DNA of 56,435 bases. Origin: an uncultured Candidatus Saccharibacteria bacterium. GTDB lineage: Bacteria; Patescibacteriota; Minisyncoccia; Phycocordibacterales; Phycocordibacteraceae. The notes under the pieces are model-generated. The model was not told the origin of the DNA, made no database searches, and saw only the letters and a list, made by a program, of their open reading frames with translations. Where the stretch lies: contig CAZXAN010000005.1 of assembly GCA_964638585.1 (NCBI GenBank), positions 1 to 56,435 on the forward strand, written 5' to 3'. This document shows positions 16,240 to 26,225 of the stretch, one piece after another (position 1 is the stretch's first letter; every line of letters begins with the position of its first letter). The position numbers were made by a program, and so were the translations under genes.

Positions 16240-17253
16240 ATGATGCGACTTGTCATTGCAACGCCCTTGTATCCGCCAGAAATAGGTGGGCCGGCGACGT
16301 ACGCAAAGCTTCTCTGCGACGGATTGCCGGCAAGAGATATTAACGTTGAATTGGTAAAGTTCAGCGATGTTAAGAAATTGCCGAAGATTATTCGCCACTA
16401 TGCGTACTATCGTCGTGTATTGAAGGCAGCACGAGATGCGGATGTCATCCTTGCGCTTGACCCGGTCTCTGTAGGTCTGCCAGCGATGAAGGCGGCACAG
16501 AAATTGCGCAAACCTTTTGTTGTGAAAATAGTTGGTGACTATGCGTGGGAACAGGGAGTCCAGAGATTTGGCATCACACAAAGTCTGGATGATTTCGTAA
16601 AAACACGGCGAGTACCATTTCAAGTCCGTATGTTGCGAAGAGTTCAAACACGCGTGGCGATGAGCGCTACGCGCGTTATTGTGCCAAGTGAATATTTGAA
16701 GAATATAGTAATTACTTGGGGAGTCTCGGAAGAAAAAATCTCAGTAATTTACAACAGCACTGAACTTCCAGCACACATACCTACACATAATAAGAATGCT
16801 GGAGAATTTCTGATTGTGTCAGCTGGCAGACGCGTTCCGTGGAAAGGGTTTGAAGCAATTGAAAGTACTGCTCAAGAACATGCAAATTGGCGCGTTTTTA
16901 TTGCTTCCGGACTATCGCACGAAGAAACTATTGGAAAGATACGGTCGGCAGACGTGTTTGTACTCAACTCATCGTACGAAGGTCTTTCGCATGTGCTGAT
17001 TGAAGCTCTCTCGCTTGGCGTACCGATTGTTGCGACGAATATTGGCGGAAATCCAGAAGTAATAACAAACGAAGAAAACGGTCTGCTTATTCCTGCTGGC
17101 AGTACGCAGGCGCTATCAAATGCTCTAGAACGAATAGCTTCGGATAGCGAATTACGCGCGCGTCTGTCAGCGAACGCGCTTGAATCCGCCAAACGCTTCT
17201 TTGTAGAAACAATGCTCCTGCGGACATCAGATATCCTCAAAAACATTATATGA
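16240..17253 (+). CDS. Glycosyltransferase family 4
   Basis: RLVIATPLYPPEIGGPATY N-terminus and EGLSHVLIEALSLGVPIVATNIGGNPE. Start at ATG 16240 is preferred over TTG 16219. Confidence 0.85.
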   Translation: MMRLVIATPLYPPEIGGPATYAKLLCDGLPARDINVELVKFSDVKKLPKIIRHYAYYRRVLKAARDADVILALDPVSVGLPAMKAAQKLRKPFVVKIVGDYAWEQGVQRFGITQSLDDFVKTRRVPFQVRMLRRVQTRVAMSATRVIVPSEYLKNIVITWGVSEEKISVIYNSTELPAHIPTHNKNAGEFLIVSAGRRVPWKGFEAIESTAQEHANWRVFIASGLSHEETIGKIRSADVFVLNSSYEGLSHVLIEALSLGVPIVATNIGGNPEVITNEENGLLIPAGSTQALSNALERIASDSELRARLSANALESAKRFFVETMLLRTSDILKNII

Positions 17254-18167
17254 AGGTTCTGATGATTAGCGGTGATAAAAATGTCCTGATACAGGGGAGC
17301 GAAGCGTGCGCGCGTCTTGAGTTACAGAGAAGTCAGGTGGAGCAACTGGATGTGTTCGTGTGGCCACAGATCCATGCATATAGAAAGATTTTCGTTACAG
17401 CACAAAAAAATAAATATGATGTCATTACTGCACAAGACCCATTCTGGCGCGGACTACTCGCGTGGCGCGTAGCTAGGCGAACTGGAACGAAATTGAATCT
17501 GCAGGTCCATACTGATTTGTCAGAACAATCTTTTTTGCGCCGCGCCCTAGCCAATTTTCTTCTTAGACATGCAGATTCAGTGCGCGTTGTATCAGAAAAA
17601 ATAAAAGAGCAGGTGCAAGGTGTAATTGGCAATGGAATCGTACATGTGCTGCCAGTCTATGTTGATATAAAGCGTTTCCAAGACTTGGCACATGAGCCAA
17701 ACTCGCAGAAAACAATGCTCTGGATTGGACGGTTTGAATCAGAAAAAGATCCACTCACTGCTATTCGTGTTTTGAAAGAAGTACGCAAAAGTGTAAGAGA
17801 TACAAAACTTATCATGCTCGGCACAGGAAGTTTGGAGAACATACTGCGAGAAGAGGCAAAAAATCTGAAGGTTGAATTCTTGGGCTGGCAGGACCCAGCC
17901 CCATATCTGCAAACTGCTGACGTAGTTATCTGTACATCAAAGCATGAGAGTTGGGGAGCGAGCATTGTAGAGGCACTCGCGGCAGGTGTGCCTGTAATTG
18001 CGCCAGATGTTGGTATCGCTCGAGAAGCTGGAGCGATTATAGTAGCGAGGACGGACCTCGCTAGGGCGACAATTGATGTTTTAACTTCTGGTCAACGAGG
18101 AGAGTTAAAAATGAATCTCCTTAACGCAGAAGAATGGGCGAAGCGTTGGCGAGAGACACTAACATGA
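17250..18167 (+). CDS. Glycosyltransferase family 4-like
   Basis: ESWGASIVEALAAGVPVIAPDVG motif and an ATGA overlap with the upstream gene. Confidence 0.75.
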   Translation: MKVLMISGDKNVLIQGSEACARLELQRSQVEQLDVFVWPQIHAYRKIFVTAQKNKYDVITAQDPFWRGLLAWRVARRTGTKLNLQVHTDLSEQSFLRRALANFLLRHADSVRVVSEKIKEQVQGVIGNGIVHVLPVYVDIKRFQDLAHEPNSQKTMLWIGRFESEKDPLTAIRVLKEVRKSVRDTKLIMLGTGSLENILREEAKNLKVEFLGWQDPAPYLQTADVVICTSKHESWGASIVEALAAGVPVIAPDVGIAREAGAIIVARTDLARATIDVLTSGQRGELKMNLLNAEEWAKRWRETLT

Positions 18168-19243
18168 AGAAACTATCTATCTGTTTCTTTGGATATGATG
18201 AGCCAGAAGAAGGAGGACGTGCATGGGCTTTACATACCGGTTTGGCTGAAAATGGCGTTACCGTCAAACCCTGTCGGACATGGATAAACGGATTTGTCGC
18301 AAAGTATCGTGATTTGTATAAGAAGTGGCAGAGCATTGGAGACATTGATGCTATTTATGTAATCTTTATGGGCTACTACTTTATGCCCCTCGCGTGGTAT
18401 CTCGCGCGCAAGCGCGGTATCCCTGTAATCTTAGACACTCTCGTGTCGCAATATGATACGGAGGTTAATGACAGGAGACGACTCTCGCGCTTTAGTCCGC
18501 GCGCGTGGTTTCTATGGACTGTGGATTATATTTCATGCTTTGTTGCTGATGCAATTGTTGTAGATACGTTTGAGCATAAAAAGTTTTTTGCAGAAGAGTT
18601 TTATGTAGACGATAAGAAGATAATAGTCGTGCCTGTCGGGTGTCGGTCTGACCTGTTTAAGCCAACGCCAGAGTTTAAGAAGCCGAGTGGAGAATTTGTA
18701 GTTGAATTTCACGGTGGTTTTACGCCACTACAGGGGATTGAACACATCATAGAAGCGGCAAAAATCTTGCAGGATAAAAAAGAGAATGTGCGTTTTTTAA
18801 TCACCGGAGCAGGACAGACCTCTTATGCAATAACAAGAATGGTTAAAGAACTCGGACTCTACAATGTAGAACTTGTCGGCAAGAAACCTCTTAAAGAATT
18901 GTCTAGTTATATTGCGCAAGGGGACGTGTGTCTAGGCATCTTTGGGGACACAGCAAAGGCGCTTCGTGTTGTCCCGCACAAGGTATACGAGTGCATGAGT
19001 TGCGGTAAGCCTGTTATCACAGAGAGGTCTCCAGCAGTACTTGAAGTGTTGCGTGATAAAGAAGACGTATATATGACAGAGCCCGGCAATGGTGCCGACA
19101 TAGCAGAAAAAATATTAGAGCTTAAGAGCGATACTGTACTACGCACGCGTCTCGGCGCACGCGCTCTAGAGATCTCTCTAGAAAAGTTCTCTCCGCGCGC
19201 AGTTGTAAAGAATCTTATAGACTGGTTAGAACTACACGCATAA
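18164..19243 (+). CDS. Glycosyltransferase (GT-B, GT4-like)
   Basis: The start MKKLSICFFGYD at 18164 overlaps the upstream stop (ATGA). C-terminal HKVYECMSCGKPVITE motif. Confidence 0.7.
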   Translation: MKKLSICFFGYDEPEEGGRAWALHTGLAENGVTVKPCRTWINGFVAKYRDLYKKWQSIGDIDAIYVIFMGYYFMPLAWYLARKRGIPVILDTLVSQYDTEVNDRRRLSRFSPRAWFLWTVDYISCFVADAIVVDTFEHKKFFAEEFYVDDKKIIVVPVGCRSDLFKPTPEFKKPSGEFVVEFHGGFTPLQGIEHIIEAAKILQDKKENVRFLITGAGQTSYAITRMVKELGLYNVELVGKKPLKELSSYIAQGDVCLGIFGDTAKALRVVPHKVYECMSCGKPVITERSPAVLEVLRDKEDVYMTEPGNGADIAEKILELKSDTVLRTRLGARALEISLEKFSPRAVVKNLIDWLELHA

Positions 19244-20127
19244 TGAAATTACTTATTTGCACTCAGGCAGTTGATACACAAGATTCTGATCTTGGGTTTT
19301 TTGTACGATGGATACAAGAGTTTGCCAAGCACTGCGAGAAAGTAACGGTGATTTGTTTAAGAGAAGGGAAGCACGATTTGTCTAGCAATGTAGAGGTTGT
19401 GGCACTAGGCAATGTATCGCGGTTTATGCGGGTACTTAAGCTCTGGAGTATATGCATCTCGCACCGTTCTAAATACGACGCAGTTTTTGTGCACATGAAT
19501 CCTGAATATATTGTCGTCACTGGTTGGTTGTGGCGGATGATGAATAAAAAAATAGCGCTCTGGTACACGCATAAAAGCGTAAATCTTAAACTCCGTCTCG
19601 CCGTTCTTTTTGCAGATACGATTTTGACGGCTTCAAAAGAGAGTTTCAGGTTAGAGACGAATAAACTGCGAGTGATGGGACACGGCATTGACACTGACTT
19701 TTTTGCTCCTGACACGAACATCACACGTGGAGACTGGGCTCTTTCTGTAGGACGGCTCATGAGAAGTAAGCGACATGACTTGGCGATCCGCAAAGCAGTA
19801 CTAGAGAATAAAAAATTACGCATTGCTGGCGAAGGGCCTGAACTTAGAAATCTTGAGTCGCTTGCGACGGAGCTTGGTGCGAACGTTAAGTTTCTTGGTG
19901 CATTAACACAAACGCAGTTGCGCGAAGAATACCGAAGAGCCTCATATCTCATACACACAAGCGAAACAGGTAGTTTAGACAAAGTTGTGCTTGAAGCACT
20001 TGCGTGTGGGCTATCGGTCGCAACGAACGATCTGGCACTTAAATCGCTTGAGCATGAAGGCCCGCAGTATGTCCGGGAATACCATTCGCTTCAGCGCCTC
20101 ATTCCTGCGATACTCGGCGTATTATAA
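19243..20127 (+). CDS. Glycosyltransferase (GT-B, GT4-like)
   Basis: GSLDKVVLEALACGLSVATND motif. Start codon overlaps the upstream stop. Confidence 0.7.
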   Translation: MKLLICTQAVDTQDSDLGFFVRWIQEFAKHCEKVTVICLREGKHDLSSNVEVVALGNVSRFMRVLKLWSICISHRSKYDAVFVHMNPEYIVVTGWLWRMMNKKIALWYTHKSVNLKLRLAVLFADTILTASKESFRLETNKLRVMGHGIDTDFFAPDTNITRGDWALSVGRLMRSKRHDLAIRKAVLENKKLRIAGEGPELRNLESLATELGANVKFLGALTQTQLREEYRRASYLIHTSETGSLDKVVLEALACGLSVATNDLALKSLEHEGPQYVREYHSLQRLIPAILGVL

Positions 20128-20145
20128 ATTTGCTAACATACGGCA

Positions 20146-20835
20146 ATGACATCTCTCTTTGGCTATCGTAAACCCGACTTCCGCTCTGGTAAGCAGGCAC
20201 TCACATATGACGAGTATTGGGAGCGCTCCAAGTTCTCTCCTAGCGATAAGCTCTGCGAACGAGAGATTATCCTGCGCGATCGCGTACCAGCAGGTAGCTC
20301 TGTGCTCGTTGTCGGGTGCGGTACGTCGCTTTTACCGCTCGCTCTTAAAGAAAAGGGATGCAGGGTTACTGTATCTGACGTCGCTCCAAACGTACTTGAG
20401 TTCTTCAAAGAGAAGGGTATCTCTGGATTTATTTTAGACCTCGAGAACATTACTGACTCTGCAGTTAAAGAAAATTATGATGTAATAGTTGCGAGCGAAG
20501 TCTTTGAACATATAAGGAATCCTGAACGCGCTGTAGAAGTTTTGTCGCGCCACACACACAGATTTCTCATAGCCAGCCCCAACAGCGCCTTCTACCGATA
20601 CAGGCTTCGCTTAATGTTTGCAGGACGTTTCTTAATACAGTGGAAGTATCATCCGGCAGAGCACCTGCGATACTGGTCGCACAGCGACTTCTTAGACTGG
20701 TTATCTGCTATGGACTTGCGAAATGTGGTTGCCATTCCTGCTATGGGCCTCTCGTGTAAAGGATTGTGTCCATTTGCAAAAGATCTGTGGCCAAACCTAT
20801 TTGGTAATCAAATCGTTTACGATTGTGAAGTATGA
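20146..20835 (+). CDS. Class I SAM-dependent methyltransferase
   Basis: Motif I VLVVGCGTSLL, followed by an acidic residue in VTVSDV. Confidence 0.8.
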   Translation: MTSLFGYRKPDFRSGKQALTYDEYWERSKFSPSDKLCEREIILRDRVPAGSSVLVVGCGTSLLPLALKEKGCRVTVSDVAPNVLEFFKEKGISGFILDLENITDSAVKENYDVIVASEVFEHIRNPERAVEVLSRHTHRFLIASPNSAFYRYRLRLMFAGRFLIQWKYHPAEHLRYWSHSDFLDWLSAMDLRNVVAIPAMGLSCKGLCPFAKDLWPNLFGNQIVYDCEV

Positions 20836-21854
20836 AAGATAAACGAATGGTATTTTTATTTACGAACTCCAGAGAAGAGACTATTTCTAGAGTGCGAGAA
20901 GGGCAAGATGCCGATACACCTCTTCGCGGATTGAATCACATTCAGGGAGCAGAACATCTAACTGTCACACCCAAATCAATGCGGTCTATATTATTTATCC
21001 CGCGACTATTAAGATACGATTTTGTCATTACACAGGACAATTTATTGCTCGGGTACATTGTCTCTCTATACTCAAGAATATTCGGCGCGAAGACGCGATG
21101 GATATATATCGCGATGAACTCATCAACGCTTATGCGTAGACACTCTACTCACAGAGTGCGTATGTTCTTATTTAAAAAGTTCTGGGCGAGCTATTCTCGC
21201 ATTATCTGCTTGTATCACGAACAGATAGAAGATTTTGTACGGCTCGGCATATCGCGCGACCGTCTTGTGTTCGTGCCATTTGGAGTTGATATAAACTTCT
21301 TCAAGCCAAGAGATACTTCTATCGAAGAAGATCTTGTTGTGAGTATCGGCCGAGACGCTGGGCGCGATTATCAAACACTTTTAAAATCTGCAGAACGCAC
21401 GAATCATAAATTTGTCGTAGTCGCTGGGCGTAAAAACATTTCTCCAGATATGACTGTTCCAGCAAATGTACAAGTACTTTATGACAAAAGTCTAGTTGAA
21501 ATCCGCGATTTATACGCACGCGCTAAGCTTGTAGTCGTTGTGTCTAAAGATGAGAGCTTATCTGACGGCTCTGATTGCTCCGGACAGACTGTAATACTAG
21601 ACGCTTTGTCGGCAGGCAAGGCGGTGGTTGCGACACGGCGTGCATGGATCACAGACTACTTTGTTCTAGACGAAGATTTGGTAGTAATCACGGCAAACGA
21701 TCCAAAGGCTCTCGCTAGAGCAATAGAATCGCTCTTGAGCGATAGCGATAAGCGCAAGCGCGTAGCACTGTCTGGGTACACCAAAACGGTTGAGCGATAT
21801 AATACAAAAGCGTTTGCAGAGGCTCTACAGAATGTTATGAACTCTTTGGTATGA
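20832..21854 (+). CDS. Glycosyltransferase family 4-like
   Basis: GT-B C-terminal domain (GQTVILDALSAGKAVVATR) and an ATGA overlap. Confidence 0.7.
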   Translation: MKDKRMVFLFTNSREETISRVREGQDADTPLRGLNHIQGAEHLTVTPKSMRSILFIPRLLRYDFVITQDNLLLGYIVSLYSRIFGAKTRWIYIAMNSSTLMRRHSTHRVRMFLFKKFWASYSRIICLYHEQIEDFVRLGISRDRLVFVPFGVDINFFKPRDTSIEEDLVVSIGRDAGRDYQTLLKSAERTNHKFVVVAGRKNISPDMTVPANVQVLYDKSLVEIRDLYARAKLVVVVSKDESLSDGSDCSGQTVILDALSAGKAVVATRRAWITDYFVLDEDLVVITANDPKALARAIESLLSDSDKRKRVALSGYTKTVERYNTKAFAEALQNVMNSLV

Positions 21855-22933
21855 CTACATCCGACAGACTTACACTATATGTGAATCCTGCGTGGCGCCG
21901 TGAAGGCATTCATAGCGTACTTATGAATCTTCAGTGGGGTAACCCGTATGGAGAGTCATCAATCTTTGCTAAACAAATGTTTGACTCGTATGCGCCTGAC
22001 ACAGAGTGCTACACAATAACTGATGACATAAAAACGGCTAATATGGTTCTAACTCCGTACCCTCACGTATGGTTCTTGAGGCATGATACAAAATTATTTG
22101 ATGAGTGCGTTAAGACTGCAAGAGATGCCGGTCTGCCGTTACTCGTAGACGGTACAGGGGACATAGAACATCCAGTTAATATAAAAAACGCCTTTGTTTT
22201 ACGATATGGTGGGTACCGTTTTATAAACGAGAATGGGAGAATACAGGTACCAATGTTCGCTGATGACTTATTAGAGCGAATACGAGGCGGACAGCTAGAC
22301 GTGCGTAAAAAGGCCCAAAGTAAGCCGATTATTGGTTTCGCAGGCTGGGTCAATCTCTCTATAGCTCAATATATTAAGACTATTATAAAAGAGTTGCCAA
22401 TGCGCATCTACAGCATCTTTGACGAGCGATACCGCGCTTGCGCCAAGGGCGTGTTGTGGAGACAGAGAGCTATTAAAATATTGCAGAAATCTCCGCTTGT
22501 TACTCTTAATTTGCTCACACGCAAATCGTTTTCTGGCAGTTCAAAGACAGCAGATGGCAATATGCAAGAGTTGCAGAGACAGATGGTGGATACGATATTG
22601 AACAGCGATTACGCGCTAGACGTTAAGGGAGACGCAAACGCGTCAACACGTTTGTTTGAGATACTGTCACTTGGACGCATCCCAGTCATTGTAGACACAG
22701 AACGCAACTTTCCATTCAAAGATAAAGTAGATTATTCATCCTTCGCTTTAATTGTGGACTTTCGTGATATTAAGAAGTTGCCAGAGATAATCGCCGAATT
22801 TCACAAAAACGTATCATCAGAACAATTTGAAGAGATGCAGAGAAACGCGCGTAACGCATACGTAAACTACTTTCGCATTGATGCGGTTATGTCTTACCTA
22901 GTAGGGGAGTTGCGCCAAGCAAAAAGCATATAA
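21851..22933 (+). CDS. Exostosin (GT47)-like protein
   Basis: RLFEILSLGRIPVIVDTERNFPFKDKVDYSSFALIV resembles the exostosin-domain core. Confidence 0.45.
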   Translation: MTTSDRLTLYVNPAWRREGIHSVLMNLQWGNPYGESSIFAKQMFDSYAPDTECYTITDDIKTANMVLTPYPHVWFLRHDTKLFDECVKTARDAGLPLLVDGTGDIEHPVNIKNAFVLRYGGYRFINENGRIQVPMFADDLLERIRGGQLDVRKKAQSKPIIGFAGWVNLSIAQYIKTIIKELPMRIYSIFDERYRACAKGVLWRQRAIKILQKSPLVTLNLLTRKSFSGSSKTADGNMQELQRQMVDTILNSDYALDVKGDANASTRLFEILSLGRIPVIVDTERNFPFKDKVDYSSFALIVDFRDIKKLPEIIAEFHKNVSSEQFEEMQRNARNAYVNYFRIDAVMSYLVGELRQAKSI

Positions 22934-23742
22934 GTGTGCCAAGTGTCGTGGCCTATCACGTTGTGCGGGAGTGTATTTGACTCTACAAAAGTATTAAACC
23001 CATTTGCCTCAAGCACAGACAGCATTTGAGATATAGGGTGTGTAGAGAACCCTGGGATATGATGGTACTCAAGCTGTATTGCAGAGATCATTGCCAGTTT
23101 GTTTTGTGATGCCAGCTCTTCAATAACGTCAAACTCCGCTCCTTCTATATCAATCTTTAAGAAATCTATATTTCTGTTTATGTAATGCGAGAGCACGTCA
23201 ACAGAGACCGTATATGAATTAAGTTTGCTGCCTTTGTTCTTGTGGTGCTCCGCGACGCTACCGCTAGTGCTCGTGGATTCTTTGTTCTCAACAAAAAAGT
23301 CTACGACACCTTTTTTATTCCCAAGAGCGAAGGGGAAAATGTGAACGTCTTTGCCCCAGCCGTTTGCCTCTACATTTTCCTCAAGCACTTTGCGCGCAGA
23401 AGGGTTAGGTTCAAAACAGATAACGCGAGCATTTGGAGCGCGAGTCTTGATATATATTAGCGATACCCCGATATTTGCTCCGCAATCAATTGCCTGTATC
23501 TGCTCTCTTGTAGGCTCTAAATAATATGTCTCTTTAAAAAATATCTCGGTAAATTGTCCTTCAAAAAAAGCTGTAGAAGGGAAGTGGCAGACGTATGGTC
23601 CTATCTGGACATGTGCAAGCTGGCCATCTCTTGGCGGATTAATTTTGTTCAATATGTGTTGAAGCGTAAATACGCAAGTTGCCTTAAAGCCTATAAGCGA
23701 CTCAAGCTGTGAGAAGTAGCCAATAAATCTTAAGAGTCTCAT
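22894..23742 (-). CDS. FkbM-family methyltransferase
   Basis: IDCGANIGVS and LKIDIEGAEFDVI motifs. 40-nt convergent overlap with the preceding gene. Confidence 0.8.
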   Translation of the reverse strand: MRLLRFIGYFSQLESLIGFKATCVFTLQHILNKINPPRDGQLAHVQIGPYVCHFPSTAFFEGQFTEIFFKETYYLEPTREQIQAIDCGANIGVSLIYIKTRAPNARVICFEPNPSARKVLEENVEANGWGKDVHIFPFALGNKKGVVDFFVENKESTSTSGSVAEHHKNKGSKLNSYTVSVDVLSHYINRNIDFLKIDIEGAEFDVIEELASQNKLAMISAIQLEYHHIPGFSTHPISQMLSVLEANGFNTFVESNTLPHNVIGHDTWHTYMLFAWRNSPTR

Positions 23743-23757
23743 ATGAAGCCGAATATA

Positions 23758-25830
23758 TCACACAGTACGACTCAAGTACTCTGCAAGACCGCCGGGGCGC
23801 GACACTGCATATACGTCTGCGTCTATGTCGTTAGCCAAGATGCGCACGGCTTGTATGAGCTGGTTTGAAACTGCTCCGCTAAAAGAGACGTCTTTTGCAG
23901 GCAAGTAACGCAAGAGCATTGTGTAGCCGAGAGAGCTCTTGTCTTCAGGCCGTCCGCTTGGAGTAACTTCAACAAGTTCTGCACCGAGCCTTTTGTGGAA
24001 GTTCATTACAGGGTCGTTTCCGGCAAGTAGATATTTACGCACGTATTCAACACTAGGAATTTCTTTAATTTCTGGAATATGTTTAGGACTGTATTTAGCA
24101 CTGCAAATAGAGATGCAGGTTATTTTATTGTCTGCATAAGAAAAAGATATTTGTCCAGTAAGTTCTCCTTTTTTATCAATTGCACCCATAGTTAAATACT
24201 CATTCAGATATTTTCTATACTCGCTCTCAGTCTTTAACAGCGGTTGCCAACAATGGTTATAGAGTCTAAACGAAGCATCTGCTAATGGCGACTGTGGTGA
24301 TATGATCTCAAATCTATAATCGTTACTGTTCATTATCTTGTACACGGACTCAAAATCCCCTTCAATATTTTTCTTTAAGATAGTGCGTTGTACCTTGCCT
24401 GTTGAAGTCATAGGTAAATCTTCTCTTCGCACGGTAGTTATGTATTTTGGTGTTTCGTAGGCACTTAGAGTTTCATGCCCGGCAAGAAGTAAAAGTTTTA
24501 ATTTACGCATTGCATTCTCTATTTCAATACCGGATTTCCATATCACAACAACACCGACTTCTTCGCCATAACGTTTGTCATTTACACCAACAACATATGC
24601 TTGATCAATGTCTGAACTAATTTTTTTAAGCGCATCCTCAACTGAAACAGGAGAAATGTTTACGCCACCCTTTATTATTATTTCTTTTGCTCGTCCTATG
24701 AGAAAGAAGAATCGTCTGCCCGCAATCTCTCTCCAGTACCCAACGTCTCCTGTTAAGAAATATCCGTCGCGGAATGCTGTCTCGCCACCAATGTATCCGC
24801 GCATCACCGCCTCGCCCTTTACAATAATCTCGCCCTCTTCACTCTCGCTCGCAATGCCACCGTCACTCTTTGAGACTTGCACGTCAGCCCAGGGCATTGC
24901 TGAACCAATCGAATTTTTTGCAACCAAATCCTCGTATATTGCTGGCGGTAAGTCAGTTGGCACTCCCGTGACGCGCAGAGCTGTCTCTGTTTGTCCGTAT
25001 CCTTGATAAAGAGGTATGTGGAACTTGTGCATAAATTCTTGTACGTCAGATACAACTACCGGAGCAGACCCAATCTGGATCCTGCTTAACTTGAGCTCTT
25101 TTGCGTAACGCTCGCGCTCTTCTGTTTTAGACAGTTGATCAAAGATTATAGATGGCACGATGGATGTAAGAGTCGCTCTGGTCTTGGCAGATTGGGCAAA
25201 AAACGACGAGTTAGAATATCGCGGAGGAATTATGATTGAACCTCCGGAGATAAGTACTGCCAAACAAAATGTCGTTGAGTTTATGTGGTGCAATGGTAGC
25301 TGTACTAAAAAACGATCGGCTTCTGTTATAGAAAGCCATTCTCGTATACTGTCTGCGTTTATTAGCAGATTGTTAAGAGTTAGTTGTGCGCCCTTTGGTC
25401 TCGCCGTCGTCCCTGATGTAAAAAGTATTAACGCATCATGCTCGGTGTCAGTTATCCAAGGTACTTTTACATTTTGAACAGCTTGAACGCCATTTTTTAT
25501 AACGTGTCTGGCACCACTAAGAGAGACTTTATAATCGCGCAGTTCTGACGTATCTCGCTTTTGGTCAAGCGGGACCGTAGTGATACCCATACCCCATGCC
25601 GACCAGCTAAGTATGAGCAAGTCGGCGCAGTTACCCATATCAAGAGCAATCTTGTCGCCAGCAACAAGCCCAAGACTCTGCAAATATGCTCCGGCCCCAT
25701 CAACTCTCTTTAAGAGATCAGTGCGCGAGATCTCTTCAGTGATAACACCGTCTACACTGCAGATTGTTATTGCATTTTTATTTCCGTCTTTAGTCGCCAG
25801 TTCTTGTATATGCTCGTAAATGTTTATCAT
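23758..25830 (-). CDS. AMP-dependent (ANL) adenylating ligase fused to a ~190-aa uncharacterised C-terminal domain
   Basis: ANL motifs FTSGTTARPKG, YGQTE, GDVGY, KGGVNISP and GKVQR lie in the first ~500 aa. The C-terminal part (NDPVMNFHKRLGAELVEV) is loosely GNAT-like. Start at ATG 25830 is preferred over TTG 25851. Confidence 0.75.
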   Translation of the reverse strand: MINIYEHIQELATKDGNKNAITICSVDGVITEEISRTDLLKRVDGAGAYLQSLGLVAGDKIALDMGNCADLLILSWSAWGMGITTVPLDQKRDTSELRDYKVSLSGARHVIKNGVQAVQNVKVPWITDTEHDALILFTSGTTARPKGAQLTLNNLLINADSIREWLSITEADRFLVQLPLHHINSTTFCLAVLISGGSIIIPPRYSNSSFFAQSAKTRATLTSIVPSIIFDQLSKTEERERYAKELKLSRIQIGSAPVVVSDVQEFMHKFHIPLYQGYGQTETALRVTGVPTDLPPAIYEDLVAKNSIGSAMPWADVQVSKSDGGIASESEEGEIIVKGEAVMRGYIGGETAFRDGYFLTGDVGYWREIAGRRFFFLIGRAKEIIIKGGVNISPVSVEDALKKISSDIDQAYVVGVNDKRYGEEVGVVVIWKSGIEIENAMRKLKLLLLAGHETLSAYETPKYITTVRREDLPMTSTGKVQRTILKKNIEGDFESVYKIMNSNDYRFEIISPQSPLADASFRLYNHCWQPLLKTESEYRKYLNEYLTMGAIDKKGELTGQISFSYADNKITCISICSAKYSPKHIPEIKEIPSVEYVRKYLLAGNDPVMNFHKRLGAELVEVTPSGRPEDKSSLGYTMLLRYLPAKDVSFSGAVSNQLIQAVRILANDIDADVYAVSRPGGLAEYLSRTV

Positions 25831-25838
25831 ACTGGTGT

Positions 25839-25845
25839 TACTATA
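25839..25845. promoter_or_regulatory. Overlapping divergent -10 elements (TACTAT on +, TATAGT on -) in a 20-nt intergenic region
   Basis: TACTAT (25839-25844) is 6 nt from ATG 25851 on the + strand. TATAGT (complement of 25840-25845) is 9 nt from ATG 25830 on the - strand. Confidence 0.4.
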
Positions 25846-25850
25846 GCGCA

Positions 25851-26225
25851 ATGCATGTCATGAAGTTTCTTATTGCCGGTGGAGCAGGCCTCAGCGTTAA
25901 CCTCGGGATATTCCATACTCTATATGTACTCGGGGTGCCGTATCTAGCCGGCTCGGTTATAGCATTTCTTATCTCAATGGTTGTCGGCTTCACGCTTCAA
26001 AAATATTGGACATTTGAGGAGCGTACACTAGAGCGGGCTCGCACACAATTTATGCTCTACGGCACGTTAGCGCTCTGCAATCTAGCAGTGAACACTCTAA
26101 TAGTGTACTTATTTGTTGAATATGCTAGTGCGCATTATCTGATCGCTCAAACGATAGGTGCTGGATCAGTCGCTGTTGTGAGCTACTTTGTCTACAGATT
26201 TTATATCTTTGCTGATAGGGTCTAA
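25851..26225 (+). CDS. GtrA-family membrane protein
   Basis: 124 aa with four TM helices. FLIAGGAGLSVNLGIFHTL is a typical GtrA N-terminus. Confidence 0.8.
   Translation: MHVMKFLIAGGAGLSVNLGIFHTLYVLGVPYLAGSVIAFLISMVVGFTLQKYWTFEERTLERARTQFMLYGTLALCNLAVNTLIVYLFVEYASAHYLIAQTIGAGSVAVVSYFVYRFYIFADRV

Noticed and set aside
19263-19982. 239-aa minus-strand ORF
   Set aside because: It is entirely antisense to a well-supported glycosyltransferase gene, and its Ser/Arg/Cys-rich composition marks it as a shadow ORF. The same reasoning applies to 11139-11729, 28874-29488, 35566-36219, 37128-37688 and 43539-44336.
26166-26225. 60-nt convergent overlap of the gtrA-like and GT2 genes, considered as a possible frameshift or mis-assembly
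   Set aside because: Both ORFs have full-length, family-typical termini. Convergent overlaps of this size occur in compact genomes, and no frameshift signature was seen.
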